A stretch of DNA of 64,000 nt from Candidatus Krumholzibacteriia bacterium (GTDB taxonomy: Bacteria; Krumholzibacteriota; Krumholzibacteriia; LZORAL124-64-63): assembly GCA_963825035.1 (NCBI GenBank), contig CAWGRT010000007.1, forward strand, positions 7,331 through 71,330. The letters run 5' to 3'. How positions within the stretch are numbered: position 1 is the stretch's first letter; the number at the start of each line of letters is the position of its first letter. The position numbers and the translations under genes are program-made. Shown here piece after piece: positions 51,484-62,100 of the stretch. A model generated the notes under the pieces. It did no database searches. It was not told the origin of the DNA and saw nothing but the letters and a program-made list of their open reading frames with translations.

Positions 51484-52757
51484 TCACGTCTTCTGGGGCT
51501 TCTTCCGGGCCGCCGGGAACAGCACGTTGTTGAGGATCAGGCGGTAGCCCGGCGAGGTGGGGTAGAGATCGAGGTCCGTGGGGGGATCGCCCACCCGGTG
51601 CTGGTAGTCCTCGGGGTCGTGCCCGCCCAGGAAGGTGAACGTGCCCATGCCCCGCTTGCCGTGGATGTACTTCACCTCGTCGGTGCCGTCGACCGCCGCC
51701 AGCACGATCACCGAGCGCTTCAGGAACTTCTTCCGGTAGCCGGTGGTCTGGCCCAGGAAGCCGTTGATCACGTTCACGTGGTCCTGGGTCAGCATGGCCG
51801 GCACCGGGTCGTACTTGGCCGCGAAGGAGAAGAGGGTGAAGTAGTCGGCTTCGGGCCCGCGCATGGCGGCGTAGTTGCTGGAGTCCAGGTCCGAGAACTC
51901 GTAGACCAGCGGGTTGGTGACGAGGTTGAAGTTCTCGAAGGCGAAGGTGGCGTCGTAGTCCACCTTGCCGCGGTAGGCGGGATCCACCGGCGTGCCGTCG
52001 AAGGGCGTGTCCACGATGTCCGTGTCCAGCCAGGCCAGGGCGATGTCGATGGTGTCGGTGGCCGAGCACATGGCGAACAGGAAGCCGCCCCCCTCCACGA
52101 ACTGCCGGATGGTCAGGGCCACGGCGTGCTTCAGCTGCCACACGGTCTTGAAGCCCAGGGTCCTGGCCAGCTCCTCGTGGAAGACCTTCTGGTCCAGGTA
52201 CCAGGGCTCCTGGCCGAAGCTCGCGTAGAACTTGCCGTACTGGCCGGTGAAATCCTCGTGGTGCAGGTGCAGCCAGTCGTAGTCGTTCAGGCGGCCCGCC
52301 AGCACGTCCTGGTCGTAGATGGTGTCGTAGGGGATCTCGGCGTAGGTCAGGGCCAGGGTCACCGCGTCGTCCCAGGGCTGCAGGTTGGGCGGGCTGTAGA
52401 CCGCGATGCGGGGCGGCTTCTCCAGCAGCACCTCCTCCATGTTCTCCTGGGCGATGGTCTTGTGGATGGCCGCCACGTCGGCGTCGCCGATCTCCTCGAA
52501 CACCACGCCCATCAGCCGCGCGTCCAGGCGGGCGCGTTCGGTGTCGTCCATGAGGAAGCTCCGCCGCGGTAGTTGAGCAGCCAGTTCACCTTGGCGCCGG
52601 CCTGCAGGGTGTGGAAGGCCAGGCCGTAGGCCTTCAGGTGGTTCTTCTGGGTCAGGTCCATGGGCACCAGCAGGTAGCCGGCGGCCCGGGCGGCGGGCGC
52701 GGCCACCCCCGCCAGCAGGGCCGCCAGCGCCAGGGCGATCAGGCGGGAACGTCTCAC
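51484..52757 (-). CDS. Secreted GATase1-like protein of the family commonly auto-annotated 'asparagine synthetase B' in Bacteroidota; one frame break
   Basis: GTG 52757 overlaps the TPR gene stop (GTGA). VRRSRLIALALAALLAGVAAPAARAAGYLLVPMDLTQKNHLKAYGLAFHTLQAGAKVNWLLNYRGG / (break ~52560) / MDDTERARLDARL...PRIAVYSPPNLQPWDDAVTLALTYAEIPYD...WLHLHHEDFTGQYGKF...GGFLFAMCSATD...GGHDPEDYQHRVGDPPTDLDLYPTSPGYRLILNNVLFPAARKKPQKT. Confidence 0.7.
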
Positions 52758-54724
52758 GGCAGTCTCCTCAGGGCGTCGCGCGCGTCGTCGGCGAACAGCC
52801 AGTCCGGATACTGGACCAGCAGCTGCTCCAGCGCCGCGCGCGCGGCGGCAACGTGGCCGCCGTCCGCCAGGAGGCGGGCGCGGGCGGCCAGGGCGGCCGC
52901 CGGATAGCGGCCGTCGGGGTGGGCGGTGACGATGGTGTTCAGCAGGTCGAGGGCGGCGGCGGTGTCGGCGGCGGCCTCCTCCAGGCCCGCCAGCTCCCAG
53001 CGCGCGCGCTCCAGCAGGTGGCGCGGCTCGTCGGGATTGGCCATGGCGTCGGCCCGGAGGATGAAGGTGCGCAGGGCGTCGCGGCGCTGCGCGGGCTGGT
53101 CCACCAGGTCCCAGTAGACGCTGCGGGCGTAGAGGGCCAGCAGGGTGGGGCCGCCGTTGGGATTGTCCAGCTCCTCGGCCACGGCCAGGCCCAGGTCCAG
53201 GGCGTCGTTGGCGTAGGGGGCGGCGGGGTTGTCCATGGCCACCACGGCGAAGCGGTCGCGGGCGGTGGCGAAGCTGTCCTCGGCCAGGTCCAGGCGGGCC
53301 AGGTGGTAGTGGGCATGACCGCCGGCGTCGCGGAACTCGGGGTCGCGCCCCAGGCTGGTCAGCACGGCGCGGGCCCGGGCGGTGTCGGCCGCGGCCAGGT
53401 AGCACTCGCCCAGGGTGAGCCGCACGATGGCCACCGCCTCCAGGGGCAGGTCCAGGTCCAGCAGCATCGACTCCAGGCGCGCCGCGGCGCCGGCCGGATC
53501 GTGCAGCCGGTCGCGGGTGAAGGTGGCCAGGGCGATCTGGCCGGCGTAGAGGTCCCGGCTGGCCGGATCCAGCTGGCGCAGCACGTCCAGGGCTTCGCCG
53601 AACCGCGCCGCCGCCCGGCGGGGATCCGGGTCCAGGCGTCCCTCCTGCAGGGCGTTCAGGCCCACGCCCGCCAGCACCTGGGCGGCGCGCCGGCGCAGGG
53701 CCTGGTCCGCATTCCGGGGACCGGCCAGTTCCCGCGCCACCACCAGCAGGTAGTCGGTCGCCGCGGCCACTTGGCCCTCGTCCGTCAGCAGCGGCAGTTC
53801 CCGCTGCAGCGCCACGGCGTTCTGCAGCAGGTCCCGCCGGCCCGGGGCCGAGCCCAGGAGGGGCTCCACCACGGCGCGGGCGGCGGCGGCGTCCCCGTCG
53901 GCCAGGTGCAGATTGGCCGCCAGCACCGTCTCGGCGGGCACGGCCCCCGGCTCGGCGGCCTTGCGCGCCAGGGCCGCGACGAACCCGGCGTCGCGCCGCG
54001 GTTCGTAGGGACCGTCCAGCAGCGCGGTGCGGATCAGCGCCAGGTTGTAGGCGTTGCGCCGCAGCTCGGCGCTCAGCTCGGCGGCGGCGTCCTCCTGGCG
54101 GCCCGCCGCCAGCAGGCCCAGGGCGCGCTGCCGCGCCAGCAGGGCGGAATCGCCCAACTGCCGCCGCATGGAGTCGATGAAGGCCACCGCCAGCCGCGGC
54201 CTCTCCGTGGGACCGAAGGCCTCGGTGATCACCACGGAAGCGCCGCGGCGGTCCGGGGCGTAGACCAGGAAGCTGTCGGCCGCGGCGCGGGCCGGTTCCG
54301 TCAGCCCCTGGGCCAGCTCGGCCACCAACAGCTCGCGCCAGAGGTTGGCGTTGCGGGGCTGGTCGCGCAGGGCCTCGCGGCAGAGGTCGGCGGCCTGGGC
54401 GTGGTCGCCCTTCAGGTCGGCCAGGCGGATGCGCCGCGGCAGCAGTTCCCGCGTCAGCAGCGACTGGCCGGCCAGCTCGTTGATGAGGGCCTCGGCCCGG
54501 CTGACGTTGCCCACCGCCAGCAGCCGGTCCACGTCCATCAGGCGGCGACGCTGGACCAGCAGGTTCACGGGCGGATGGCCCGGCGGGGTGCGGGGCAGCT
54601 GCGGCCGGGGCAGCCGCATCTCCTGGGGCGGCTGCCGCTCCTGGCCGGCGTCGCCGCCGGTCTGGGCCCGGGCGGCGCCGCCGGCCACGGCCAGCAGCAG
54701 GAGCATCGTCAGGACGCGGCTCAC
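52754..54724 (-). CDS. Secreted TPR/helical-repeat protein (656 aa, intact)
   Basis: Signal peptide MSRVLTMLLLLAVAGGAARAQ. Ala/Leu/Arg-rich helical repeats throughout, e.g. AHYHLARLDLAEDSFATARDRFAVVAMDNPAAPYANDAL. GTG 54724 overlaps the DUF4175 stop (GTGA). Confidence 0.65.
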   Translation of the reverse strand: MSRVLTMLLLLAVAGGAARAQTGGDAGQERQPPQEMRLPRPQLPRTPPGHPPVNLLVQRRRLMDVDRLLAVGNVSRAEALINELAGQSLLTRELLPRRIRLADLKGDHAQAADLCREALRDQPRNANLWRELLVAELAQGLTEPARAAADSFLVYAPDRRGASVVITEAFGPTERPRLAVAFIDSMRRQLGDSALLARQRALGLLAAGRQEDAAAELSAELRRNAYNLALIRTALLDGPYEPRRDAGFVAALARKAAEPGAVPAETVLAANLHLADGDAAAARAVVEPLLGSAPGRRDLLQNAVALQRELPLLTDEGQVAAATDYLLVVARELAGPRNADQALRRRAAQVLAGVGLNALQEGRLDPDPRRAAARFGEALDVLRQLDPASRDLYAGQIALATFTRDRLHDPAGAAARLESMLLDLDLPLEAVAIVRLTLGECYLAAADTARARAVLTSLGRDPEFRDAGGHAHYHLARLDLAEDSFATARDRFAVVAMDNPAAPYANDALDLGLAVAEELDNPNGGPTLLALYARSVYWDLVDQPAQRRDALRTFILRADAMANPDEPRHLLERARWELAGLEEAAADTAAALDLLNTIVTAHPDGRYPAAALAARARLLADGGHVAAARAALEQLLVQYPDWLFADDARDALRRLP

Positions 54725-57700
54725 GGCACGTCCCCCGTCCCCGGACCCGATACCGGCGGCGGATCCAGGCGCCGCAGGCTGTCCAGGCCGGCGAAGTAGC
54801 GGCGGACCAGGTCCCGGTACTCGAGGGGCGCCTTCTCCAGGGCTTGGTAGCGCAGGCGGGACCGCTGCTGCTCGGGGGCGCCGGCCACCGGTCCGTCCAG
54901 CCCGTTCTCGCCGAAGAGGCGGTCCGCGGTGCGGCTCTCGCGGCGGTTGCTGTAGTCCCGGCGCCGCGCCGCGTTGCGGGCGTCCAGCATCCGCGAGAGG
55001 ATGCGCTCCTGGCGCACCAGCGTCTGCTCGTCCACGAGGCCGCCGCCCAGGTCCTTGCCGATGCTCTCCAGGTCGTCGGCCATGGCGCCCAGGTCGCCCA
55101 GCAGCCGCTCACCGTCGGGACGGACCCGTTCCTGTTCCTCCAGTTCGCGCACCCGCGCGGCCTGCTCGCCCTGCTCCTGGCCCAGGCGCTGCATCTGCGA
55201 GCGGACCTTCTGGCTCAGCCCGCGGTCGGCCAGCATCTGCCGCAGCTCGTCGGTCACGCCGTTCAGGCGCGCCTGCTCCCGGGCCAGGTCCTGCAGCTGC
55301 TGGGCCGCGTCCGACGGCTGGGACGACGACTGGCCGCCCCCCGAGCCCTGGGCGTTCATGTTGGCCTCGGTCAGCAGCCCGATGATGGTGCGGTTGGTCT
55401 GGGCCAGGCTCTCGCGGGTGTGGCGCTGGGCCACGGCGGCCTGGCCCGCCTCCAGGGCCCGCACGCCCTCGCCCATCTCCTCGATCACCCCGTCCAGCTT
55501 CTCCAGCAGCTTGATGATGCGTTGGGGCGATTCGTCCATGAGCTTGGCCAGGTTGTCGCGCACGCTGATCACCGCGTTCTCCAGCCGGTGCTGGCGACGG
55601 GTCAGGTCGGTGCTGCGCACGTCCCGCAGGCGGGACGGCACCTGGTCGGCGATGGTCTCCTGCCGGTCCGAGACCGCCAGCAGGTCCGCCGCCAGGCCGC
55701 GCAGGGAACTGACCTGGTTCATCTGCATGGCCGCCTGCATGGCCTGCTGGGTCTGCAGCAGCACGTGATAGAGGCTGCCCAGGTCGCGCATGGCCTGTTC
55801 CTGCAACTTGGCGGCGGTCTGGGGATCCAGCTGGGCGAGCTGCTGCGCCGCCTGGTCCATGCTGTTCTGCTGCATGCGCTTCTCCAGGTCCTGGAGCGCC
55901 TGCTGGAGCTGTTCGGCGGCCTGCTGGTCGCCGGGCGATTGCTGCCCGTCCTGCTGCTTCTGCTTCATCTGCTCGACGGCCTCGGCCAGGCGGTCGCGCA
56001 GGTCCTCCAGTTCGCGCGCCAGGGCTTCCTGGCGCCGGGCCAGCTCCCCGGGATCCGGAGCCGCCGCGTCGCGCTCGCCCGGATCCGACTCGCCCGGCTT
56101 GGCCTGATCGCCCTGTTGCTGGTCGCCCTGTTGCTGGTCGCCCTGTTGCTTGTCGCCTTGCTTCTGCTCGCCTTGCTTCTGCTCGCCCTGCTGCTGGTCG
56201 CCCTGCTGTTGTTCGCCCTGCGTCTGCTCGCCGTCCTGCTGTTGGGCCAGGTCGCGGCTCTGGTCGGCCAGCTCCTGCTGGCGGCGCAGCATCTGCTCCA
56301 GCAGCGAGGTCATGCTCTCCATCTGCTGCTCGCGGGCCATGCGGTCCATCATGGACAGGGCCGCGTCCAGGCGCCGGGCCAGGTCCTTCTGGGCGCGGGC
56401 GGCGTCCTGGAAGGCCCGGGTCAGGTCCTGGGGATCCACCTGGTCGCCCTGCTCCGCCAGCTTGCGCAGCAGCTCCGCCGACTGCCGGTCCGCCCCCTGC
56501 TCCAGGAGGGCGGCCACCTCGTCGGCCCGCTCCAGCTGCTCGCGCGAGGTCAGCTGGCCCGAGGCCAGGTCCTCCAGCTGCTGCTGCAGCTGGTCGGCGA
56601 TGCGGGAGAGTTCGTTCTGGAGGGTGGCCTGGCGGCGGACGGCCTCCTCCATCTCCTGCTGGCGGCCCCAGTCCGGGACCGGATTCTTCAGCAGTTCCCG
56701 GGTCAGGCGGTCCAGGTCCGCGTCCAGTTCGCGGCCGCGGCGGCGGGCCTCGACCAGCTCGGAGCGGCGATCCTCCTGGGCCTCGTCCTTCTGGGCCAGC
56801 ACGTCGGAGGGAGAGGGGGCCTGCAGGCGCAGCACCCGCGACCGGCCCACGCCCGCCGGTCCGGGCCGGCGATTGTCCACCGCCTCGGCCACGAGTTCGA
56901 GGGCGTCGCCCGGCACCAGCCGCAGCCGGCCCACCTCCACCTCGATCCCCACCCGCGCCCGCAGGGGCAGGTCGTGACCGTCCAGGGGCGTGAGCCGGGC
57001 CCGCAGCACGCCGTCGCCCAGGGGGTGCTCGCTCCAGGTCCCGGGCTCAGCCAGGGCCAGGGCGCCGCCGGACCAGTCGCCGTCGCCGCCGGCGCGGCCC
57101 AGCAGGCGCAGCTCGTCCAGGCCGTAGTCGTCGGCGGCATCCAGCACCAGATTGAGCGTGCCCGCCAGGGGCAGCAGGCCGTCGTCGTCGGGGCGCTGCA
57201 GGGCCACCGCCGGCGCCTGGTCGGCGGCCGCGGCGATCTCGTAGCGCACCGGCGCCGCATTCTCCAGGCCCCAGACGTCCCGGACGTGCACCCGGAAGGC
57301 CAGGTCGCGGTCCACCGCCAGCCCGCCGGCCACGACCGCGCCGTCCACGCTGAGCGCCGTCGAATCGTCGTCCGTCACCAGGGTCGCCGTCCGCAGGTCG
57401 GCGTTGGCGCGTCCCCGCAGGGCCACGCGGCTGCCCGCCGGCACCTCGATCCAGGAGGGCAGGCGGTCCAGGGTGCGGGGCTCGACCCGCGTGTAGGCGG
57501 GCGGCGTCACCACCGCCGCCAGTTCCGTCAGCAGGGGATGGTCGCGCACCGTCAGCTGCCGCGACCGCGAGACGATGGTGCCCCGCCGGAAGCGCCAGCT
57601 CAGGTCCTCGCGCACGTCGTCCAGGCGGGCGCTCCAGACGCGGGCGGGCTCCTGCCCCCAGTTCCGTTCCAGCCGCGCACCCACCGGCTGCCACAGGCCC

Positions 57701-58341
57701 GCGCCCCGGCGCACCTCGCAGACGGCGGCGCCGTCGCCGCCGGCCAGGTCCAGGGCCTGGAGATCCACCGTCGATCCCGCCACCACCCAGGACTCGGCGG
57801 GCAGGGTCAGGATGCCCGCCGTCGGTGTGGGCGGCGCCGCCGTCCACGGCGCGGCCAGGCGGCCGCCGCCGCGGCGCAGGGTGTCCGGAGCCAGGACGAC
57901 CAGGACGGCCGTCGCGGCCACCGTCGCCAGCACCGCCGCCAGGTGGGCGCGGCGCCAGGGCACCGTCACCACGTCGGCCGGGCCGAGGTGTGCCAGGTGC
58001 CCGGCGGCCCTTTCCCGCACGCGGCGCCGCAGTTCGGCGCGGACGCCGGTGCCGTCGTCCCAGCGGTCCGGCCGCCGCAGCGATTCCTCCGCGGCCACCA
58101 GCAGGTTGGCGTGGGCGCCCCGCGCCTCCAGGCGCCGCACCAGGTCCCCGGTGCCCGCCAGGCCGCGCAGGGGGCGCAGCAGCCCTACCGTCGCGAGGGT
58201 CGCCAGCAGCGTCGCCAGCGTCACCGTCAGCCCCCAGCACGAGGACAGGGACGGTGCGCCGCTGCCGCCCACGGCCCAGACCGCCAGCAGCACCGCGCCG
58301 CCGCCCCACCCCAGCAGGGCCGCCAGGCCGTAGCCGGCCAC
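54721..58341 (-). CDS. DUF4175-family membrane protein with long Gln/Glu-rich coiled-coil region (>=1206 aa)
   Basis: Frame intact over 3.6 kb. N-terminal TM pair (GYGLAALLGWGGGAVLLAVWAV; LTVTLATLLATLATVGLL). Beta-rich middle. Coiled-coil/low-complexity Q-rich centre. C-terminus ILSRMLDARNAARRRDYSNRRESRTADRLF...PLEYRDLVRRYFAGL. The true start is probably ATG 58412 (MTRERHDRP..), joined by one frame break: ..STRQLDGLLRRTRSR precedes the GTG in frame. Confidence 0.7.
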   Translation of the reverse strand: MAGYGLAALLGWGGGAVLLAVWAVGGSGAPSLSSCWGLTVTLATLLATLATVGLLRPLRGLAGTGDLVRRLEARGAHANLLVAAEESLRRPDRWDDGTGVRAELRRRVRERAAGHLAHLGPADVVTVPWRRAHLAAVLATVAATAVLVVLAPDTLRRGGGRLAAPWTAAPPTPTAGILTLPAESWVVAGSTVDLQALDLAGGDGAAVCEVRRGAGLWQPVGARLERNWGQEPARVWSARLDDVREDLSWRFRRGTIVSRSRQLTVRDHPLLTELAAVVTPPAYTRVEPRTLDRLPSWIEVPAGSRVALRGRANADLRTATLVTDDDSTALSVDGAVVAGGLAVDRDLAFRVHVRDVWGLENAAPVRYEIAAAADQAPAVALQRPDDDGLLPLAGTLNLVLDAADDYGLDELRLLGRAGGDGDWSGGALALAEPGTWSEHPLGDGVLRARLTPLDGHDLPLRARVGIEVEVGRLRLVPGDALELVAEAVDNRRPGPAGVGRSRVLRLQAPSPSDVLAQKDEAQEDRRSELVEARRRGRELDADLDRLTRELLKNPVPDWGRQQEMEEAVRRQATLQNELSRIADQLQQQLEDLASGQLTSREQLERADEVAALLEQGADRQSAELLRKLAEQGDQVDPQDLTRAFQDAARAQKDLARRLDAALSMMDRMAREQQMESMTSLLEQMLRRQQELADQSRDLAQQQDGEQTQGEQQQGDQQQGEQKQGEQKQGDKQQGDQQQGDQQQGDQAKPGESDPGERDAAAPDPGELARRQEALARELEDLRDRLAEAVEQMKQKQQDGQQSPGDQQAAEQLQQALQDLEKRMQQNSMDQAAQQLAQLDPQTAAKLQEQAMRDLGSLYHVLLQTQQAMQAAMQMNQVSSLRGLAADLLAVSDRQETIADQVPSRLRDVRSTDLTRRQHRLENAVISVRDNLAKLMDESPQRIIKLLEKLDGVIEEMGEGVRALEAGQAAVAQRHTRESLAQTNRTIIGLLTEANMNAQGSGGGQSSSQPSDAAQQLQDLAREQARLNGVTDELRQMLADRGLSQKVRSQMQRLGQEQGEQAARVRELEEQERVRPDGERLLGDLGAMADDLESIGKDLGGGLVDEQTLVRQERILSRMLDARNAARRRDYSNRRESRTADRLFGENGLDGPVAGAPEQQRSRLRYQALEKAPLEYRDLVRRYFAGLDSLRRLDPPPVSGPGTGDVP
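56107..56241 (-). repeat. Coding tandem repeat, 15-bp unit x 9 (pentapeptide Q-Q-G-[DE]-Q array)
   Basis: Plus-strand units: atcgccctgttgctg gtcgccctgttgctg gtcgccctgttgctt gtcgccttgcttctg ctcgccttgcttctg ctcgccctgctgctg gtcgccctgctgttg ttcgccctgcgtctg ctcgccgtcctgctg. They encode DGEQTQGEQQQGDQQQGEQKQGEQKQGDKQQGDQQQGDQQQGDQ in the DUF4175 gene. Confidence 0.85.
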
Positions 58342-58432
58342 ACGGCTGCGGGTACGGCGCAGGAGGCCGTCCAGCTGTCGGGTCGAGGTCGGTCGTGTCG
58401 CTCGCGGGTCATGATCGGCTCTTCGCGTCGGG

Positions 58433-59138
58433 TCAGGGTTGCGTCAGCGCGTACATCAGGATGTTGACGGCCATCTTGGCGGCGGCCTCGCGCACTTCGC
58501 GCCGGGTCGCCGTGGACGTCGGGATCCTCCAGCCCGTCGCCGATGTCCGAGGACCAGGTGTACAGGATCACCAGCCGTCCGTTCCGGGTGACCCCGAAGG
58601 CCTGGGCCGGGTCGCCGTCGTGGCGATGGATCTTCGGCAGCCCCGGCAGTCGTAGTACGCCCGGAACACCGGATGGTTCGAGGGCAGGGGCGCCAGCTTC
58701 TCGTCGGGATAGAGACGCGCCACCATCTCCCGGAAGGACTTGTCCATGCCGTAGTTGTCGTCGGCGTAGAGGAAGCCGCCCGCGTCGAGGTAGCGGCGCA
58801 GCTCGGCCAGCTCGTCGCTCGTCGAGCAGCACGCGCCCGTGGCCCGAGAGGTAGAGGAACGGGTAGCGGTACAGGTCCTCGCTGTCGAGGGTGACCACCG
58901 CGTCGGTCGTCGGCGGTGCGGATGCCGGTGCGCTGCCGGAACAGCTCCAGCCAGTTGGGCAGGCTGCTGGGGTCGCAGTACCAGTCGCCGCCGCCGTCGT
59001 AGTGCAGGCGGGCGATCCGGACCTCCGGCTCGTCGGACGCCGGATCGGCCCCGGCCGCGGTCGCCAGGCCACCGCCGCCGCCAGGGCGCGCCGCCGCCAG
59101 GAGCGTCGGGACGCGGGATACGCCGGACGGGATCTCAC
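58433..59138 (-). CDS. DUF4159-family protein (GATase1-like fold family), >=3 frame breaks
   Basis: GTG 59138 overlaps the kinase stop (GTGA at 59135-59138). Pieces: EVRIARLHYDGGGDWYCDPSSLPNWLELFRQRTGI / AVVTLDSEDLYRYPFLYLSGHG / LPKIHRHDGDPAQAFGVTRNGRLVILYTWSSDIGDGLEDPDVHGDP / REAAAKMAVNILMYALTQP, then TGA at 58433-58435. Confidence 0.7.
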
Positions 59139-62100
59139 GGATGCGCTCTCCTTCCGCCGCGGGCCGGGAGCCCGGCGCAGGGTCAGTTCGGCCACGGCCC
59201 CGGGGCCGTCGTCGCGGTTGGCCAGGGTGATGCGGCCCCCCATGCGGTCGGCCAGGTTCCGGCAGATGGCCAGCCCCAGCCCCGTGCCCGCGCTCTTGGT
59301 GGAAAAATACGGGTCGAACAGACGATCGGCCACATCGTCGGGGATGCCCGCCGCCGTCGTCGGCCCAGACCAGGGTGACGCGGTGCCGGCGCCACCCGCC
59401 AGCCGACGCCACGACGGTGGGCCGGCCGGCCGGGCGCCCGGCGTCCAGGGAGTTCTGCATGAGATTGCCCAGGATCTTGCGCAGCGAGTCCGCGTCCGCC
59501 AGCACCGGCGGCACGGCGGCGGATCGATCGCCACCGAGGTCCCGCGCCGCCGCCGTCCGGTCGCCGGCGTAGGCGGCCGCCAGGTCGGCCACCGCTGCGC
59601 CAGGTCCACCGGCGCGGTGCTCCAGGTCGCCGGGCCGGCCCAGCAGGCTGAACTCGGCGGCGATGCTGCGCAGCAGTTCCACCTGGGCCAGCACCCGCTG
59701 CGACCGTCTCCTCACGATGCGGTCCAGATGCGGATGCTCGGTCCTGCCAGGCCTTGGCGCAGCAGCTGCACCGAGAGCTGGATCGGGCGTCAGCGGGATT
59801 CTTGATCTCGTGGGCCACCTGGCGCGCCAGCTCGGCGTTGATGGCCAGCTTCTGGGCCTCCAGGAACCCGGTGATGTCCTCGAACACCAGCATGGTGTCG
59901 CGGCGGCCGCCCGGCAGTTCCAGGGGCGCCACCGCCCCGCGCAGGGTGCGCCGGCCGTCGGCGCTGCGCAGCTGCCCGGCGGCATGGTCCCGGTCGCGGT
60001 CCGGGTCTCCGTCCTGGAGCTGCTCGCGCAGGCGCACGGCCGCCTGCTCCGCCGACACGTCGGGGTGGAACCCGGCCACGATCTGCCGCCCGGCCGGGTT
60101 GAGCACCGCCACGCGCCCGTCGGCGTCGATCACCGCCACGCCCACCGTGACCCGGTCCAGCACCGTGGCCAGGAAGCGCTCGCGGGCGGCCAGACGGTCC
60201 AGGGCGCTGCGCAGCTCGCCGCGCATGCGGCCGAAGGAGTCGGCCAGGCGGCCCACCTCGTCGCGGCCCGCCTCGGGCAGGGGCGCGTCGTAGTCGCCGG
60301 CGGCCAGCGAGCGGCTGGCGGCCATCAGCAGCCGCACCGGCCGGAAGATGTTCCAGGACATGAGCACCGCCAGCAGCAGCGCCGTCAGCAGGATCAGGTT
60401 CGCCAGGCCCGCCAGGAACAGGGCCGTGGTCCGCCGCTGGTCGGCGTACTCGCGCTCGCGGTCCGGGAAGGTCACCGTCAGCAGGGCCGGCACCGCCCGG
60501 GGCTGCAGCCCGCCGCCGGCGGGCTCGACGAACGCCGGCAGGGGCTGGCACCCGGTCAGGGCAAAGGGGCGGCCCGCCGCGGCCAGCACCCCCGGCGCCG
60601 ACGGATGGTCCAGCATGGGCACCAGCAGGTCCGGTTCCGCCAGGGGCGGGATGCGCCCCGCGAACACCGAGCCCGGATGGCTGGCCAGCATGGGCCGACC
60701 GTCGAAGCGGAGGGTGATCTGCCCCTGCACCAGGTCGGCCAGGGAGTACACCAGCCAGGAATCGAGCCGCTGCCGGTAGAAGAAGAAGCCGCCCGTGCCG
60801 CCGGCGTCCTGGTCGCGGGGGGCGGGCTGGGCGCCCGTGTCCAGGATCCCGCCCAGGTCCAGGGGGATGACGGTGCCCACGTACAGGTCCTCGCCGTCCT
60901 TCTGCACCACCAGGGGCGCGCGGCGCGCGGCCGCCAGCAGCCCGGCCGCTTCGGCGGGTTCGAGGTTGCCCAGGGTCTCGTCCAGCAGCAGCGTGCCGTC
61001 GCTCTTGAACACCATGCCCTGCTGGTTGTCCAGGGGCCCGGCCGGGCGGGCCCCGGTGAGCTGGCCCTCCAGCATCTCGGCGATGTACTCGCTGCCGGCC
61101 AGGGTGCGGGCCTGTTCGGTCAGCACGTTGCGGAGCTGGTCCACGGCCTGCAGCAGACCGGCCCGGGCGCGGGCGGCGGCCTCGCCGGCGATGCGCTCGT
61201 GGGTCACCCGATCCACCGAGGCCCCCACCAGCACCAGCAGGACCAGCCCCAGCACCAGGTAGCCGGCGAGGAAGCGCTCCTGGAAGCCCGCGCGCCAGGG
61301 GCCGGCCGAGATGTCGTCCCCGAGCCGCCGTTCCACCGCACGCGTCGCCTGCACGCCCGCGGCCGCCAGCAGCAGCAGAGCCAGATTCAGCAGCAGAAGC
61401 CGCGACAGGTCCAGCAGCTCGGCCCCGGCGCCGGGGACGCTCACCCCCAGGACGAAGCCCTCGCCCGCCGAACGCTGGGCCGCCGGCGGCAGGGCCTTCC
61501 ACAGGCAGAGCCAGCGCCGACCGCCCACCTCCAGCAGCGGCCCAGGACCGGTCACCCCGGCGCAGGGCCGCGGCGGCTTCTTCGCCGCCCGGATCCGGGA
61601 AGCCGTAGTCGCCGGCGTCCAGCCAGCCGCTGTCGTCGGCGTGCAGCAGCAGAATGGGCCGGTCGATCTCCGAACGGGGCCGGTAGCCGCCCGGCTCCAG
61701 GTCCGGATCCCCGGTCAGCTCGGACATGAGGGTGTTGATGCGCCAGCTCCGGAGGGGGATCTCCACGTGGAGCCAGCCGGCGCCCCCGCGGCGGGCGATC
61801 TCGCCCACGAGCACCTCCTCGGCGCCGCCGGCATAGAGGCGGCGTTCGCTGCGGAAGTAGAGGTCGGGGTCCTCCGCACCGAATTCGCCCGCCGCGCCCT
61901 GCCACGGGTTGCGGTCGGCCACCTCGTAGCTGAAGTCGCGCATGAAGCCGGTGGCGTGCAGGGCCAGGCTGTGGTTGTCCGCGTCGAGGATCTCCACCAG
62001 GCAGGGGATGCCCAGGTCGCGCAGGGGCGAGTTCCGCCACAGGGCCCAGGCCGGCTCCTGGCGCCACAGTTCCGTGGGCCCGCTCGGCGCGGTCCCGGTG

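Noticed and set aside
54844-58467. 1207-aa plus-strand ORF, the longest in the track
   Set aside because: It is exactly antisense to the DUF4175 gene. Its sequence is Ala/Gly/Arg/Leu/Gln/Pro low-complexity with no motif, whereas the minus-strand frame has TM helices, a coiled coil and a family-typical C-terminus. It is a high-GC stop-codon-poor shadow ORF. The same applies to 15701..18106(-), 7526..9520(+), 13542..15107(+), 21975..24194(+), 23692..25458(+), 61311..63671(+), 52853..54799(+) and many shorter Arg/Pro/Gly-rich ORFs.
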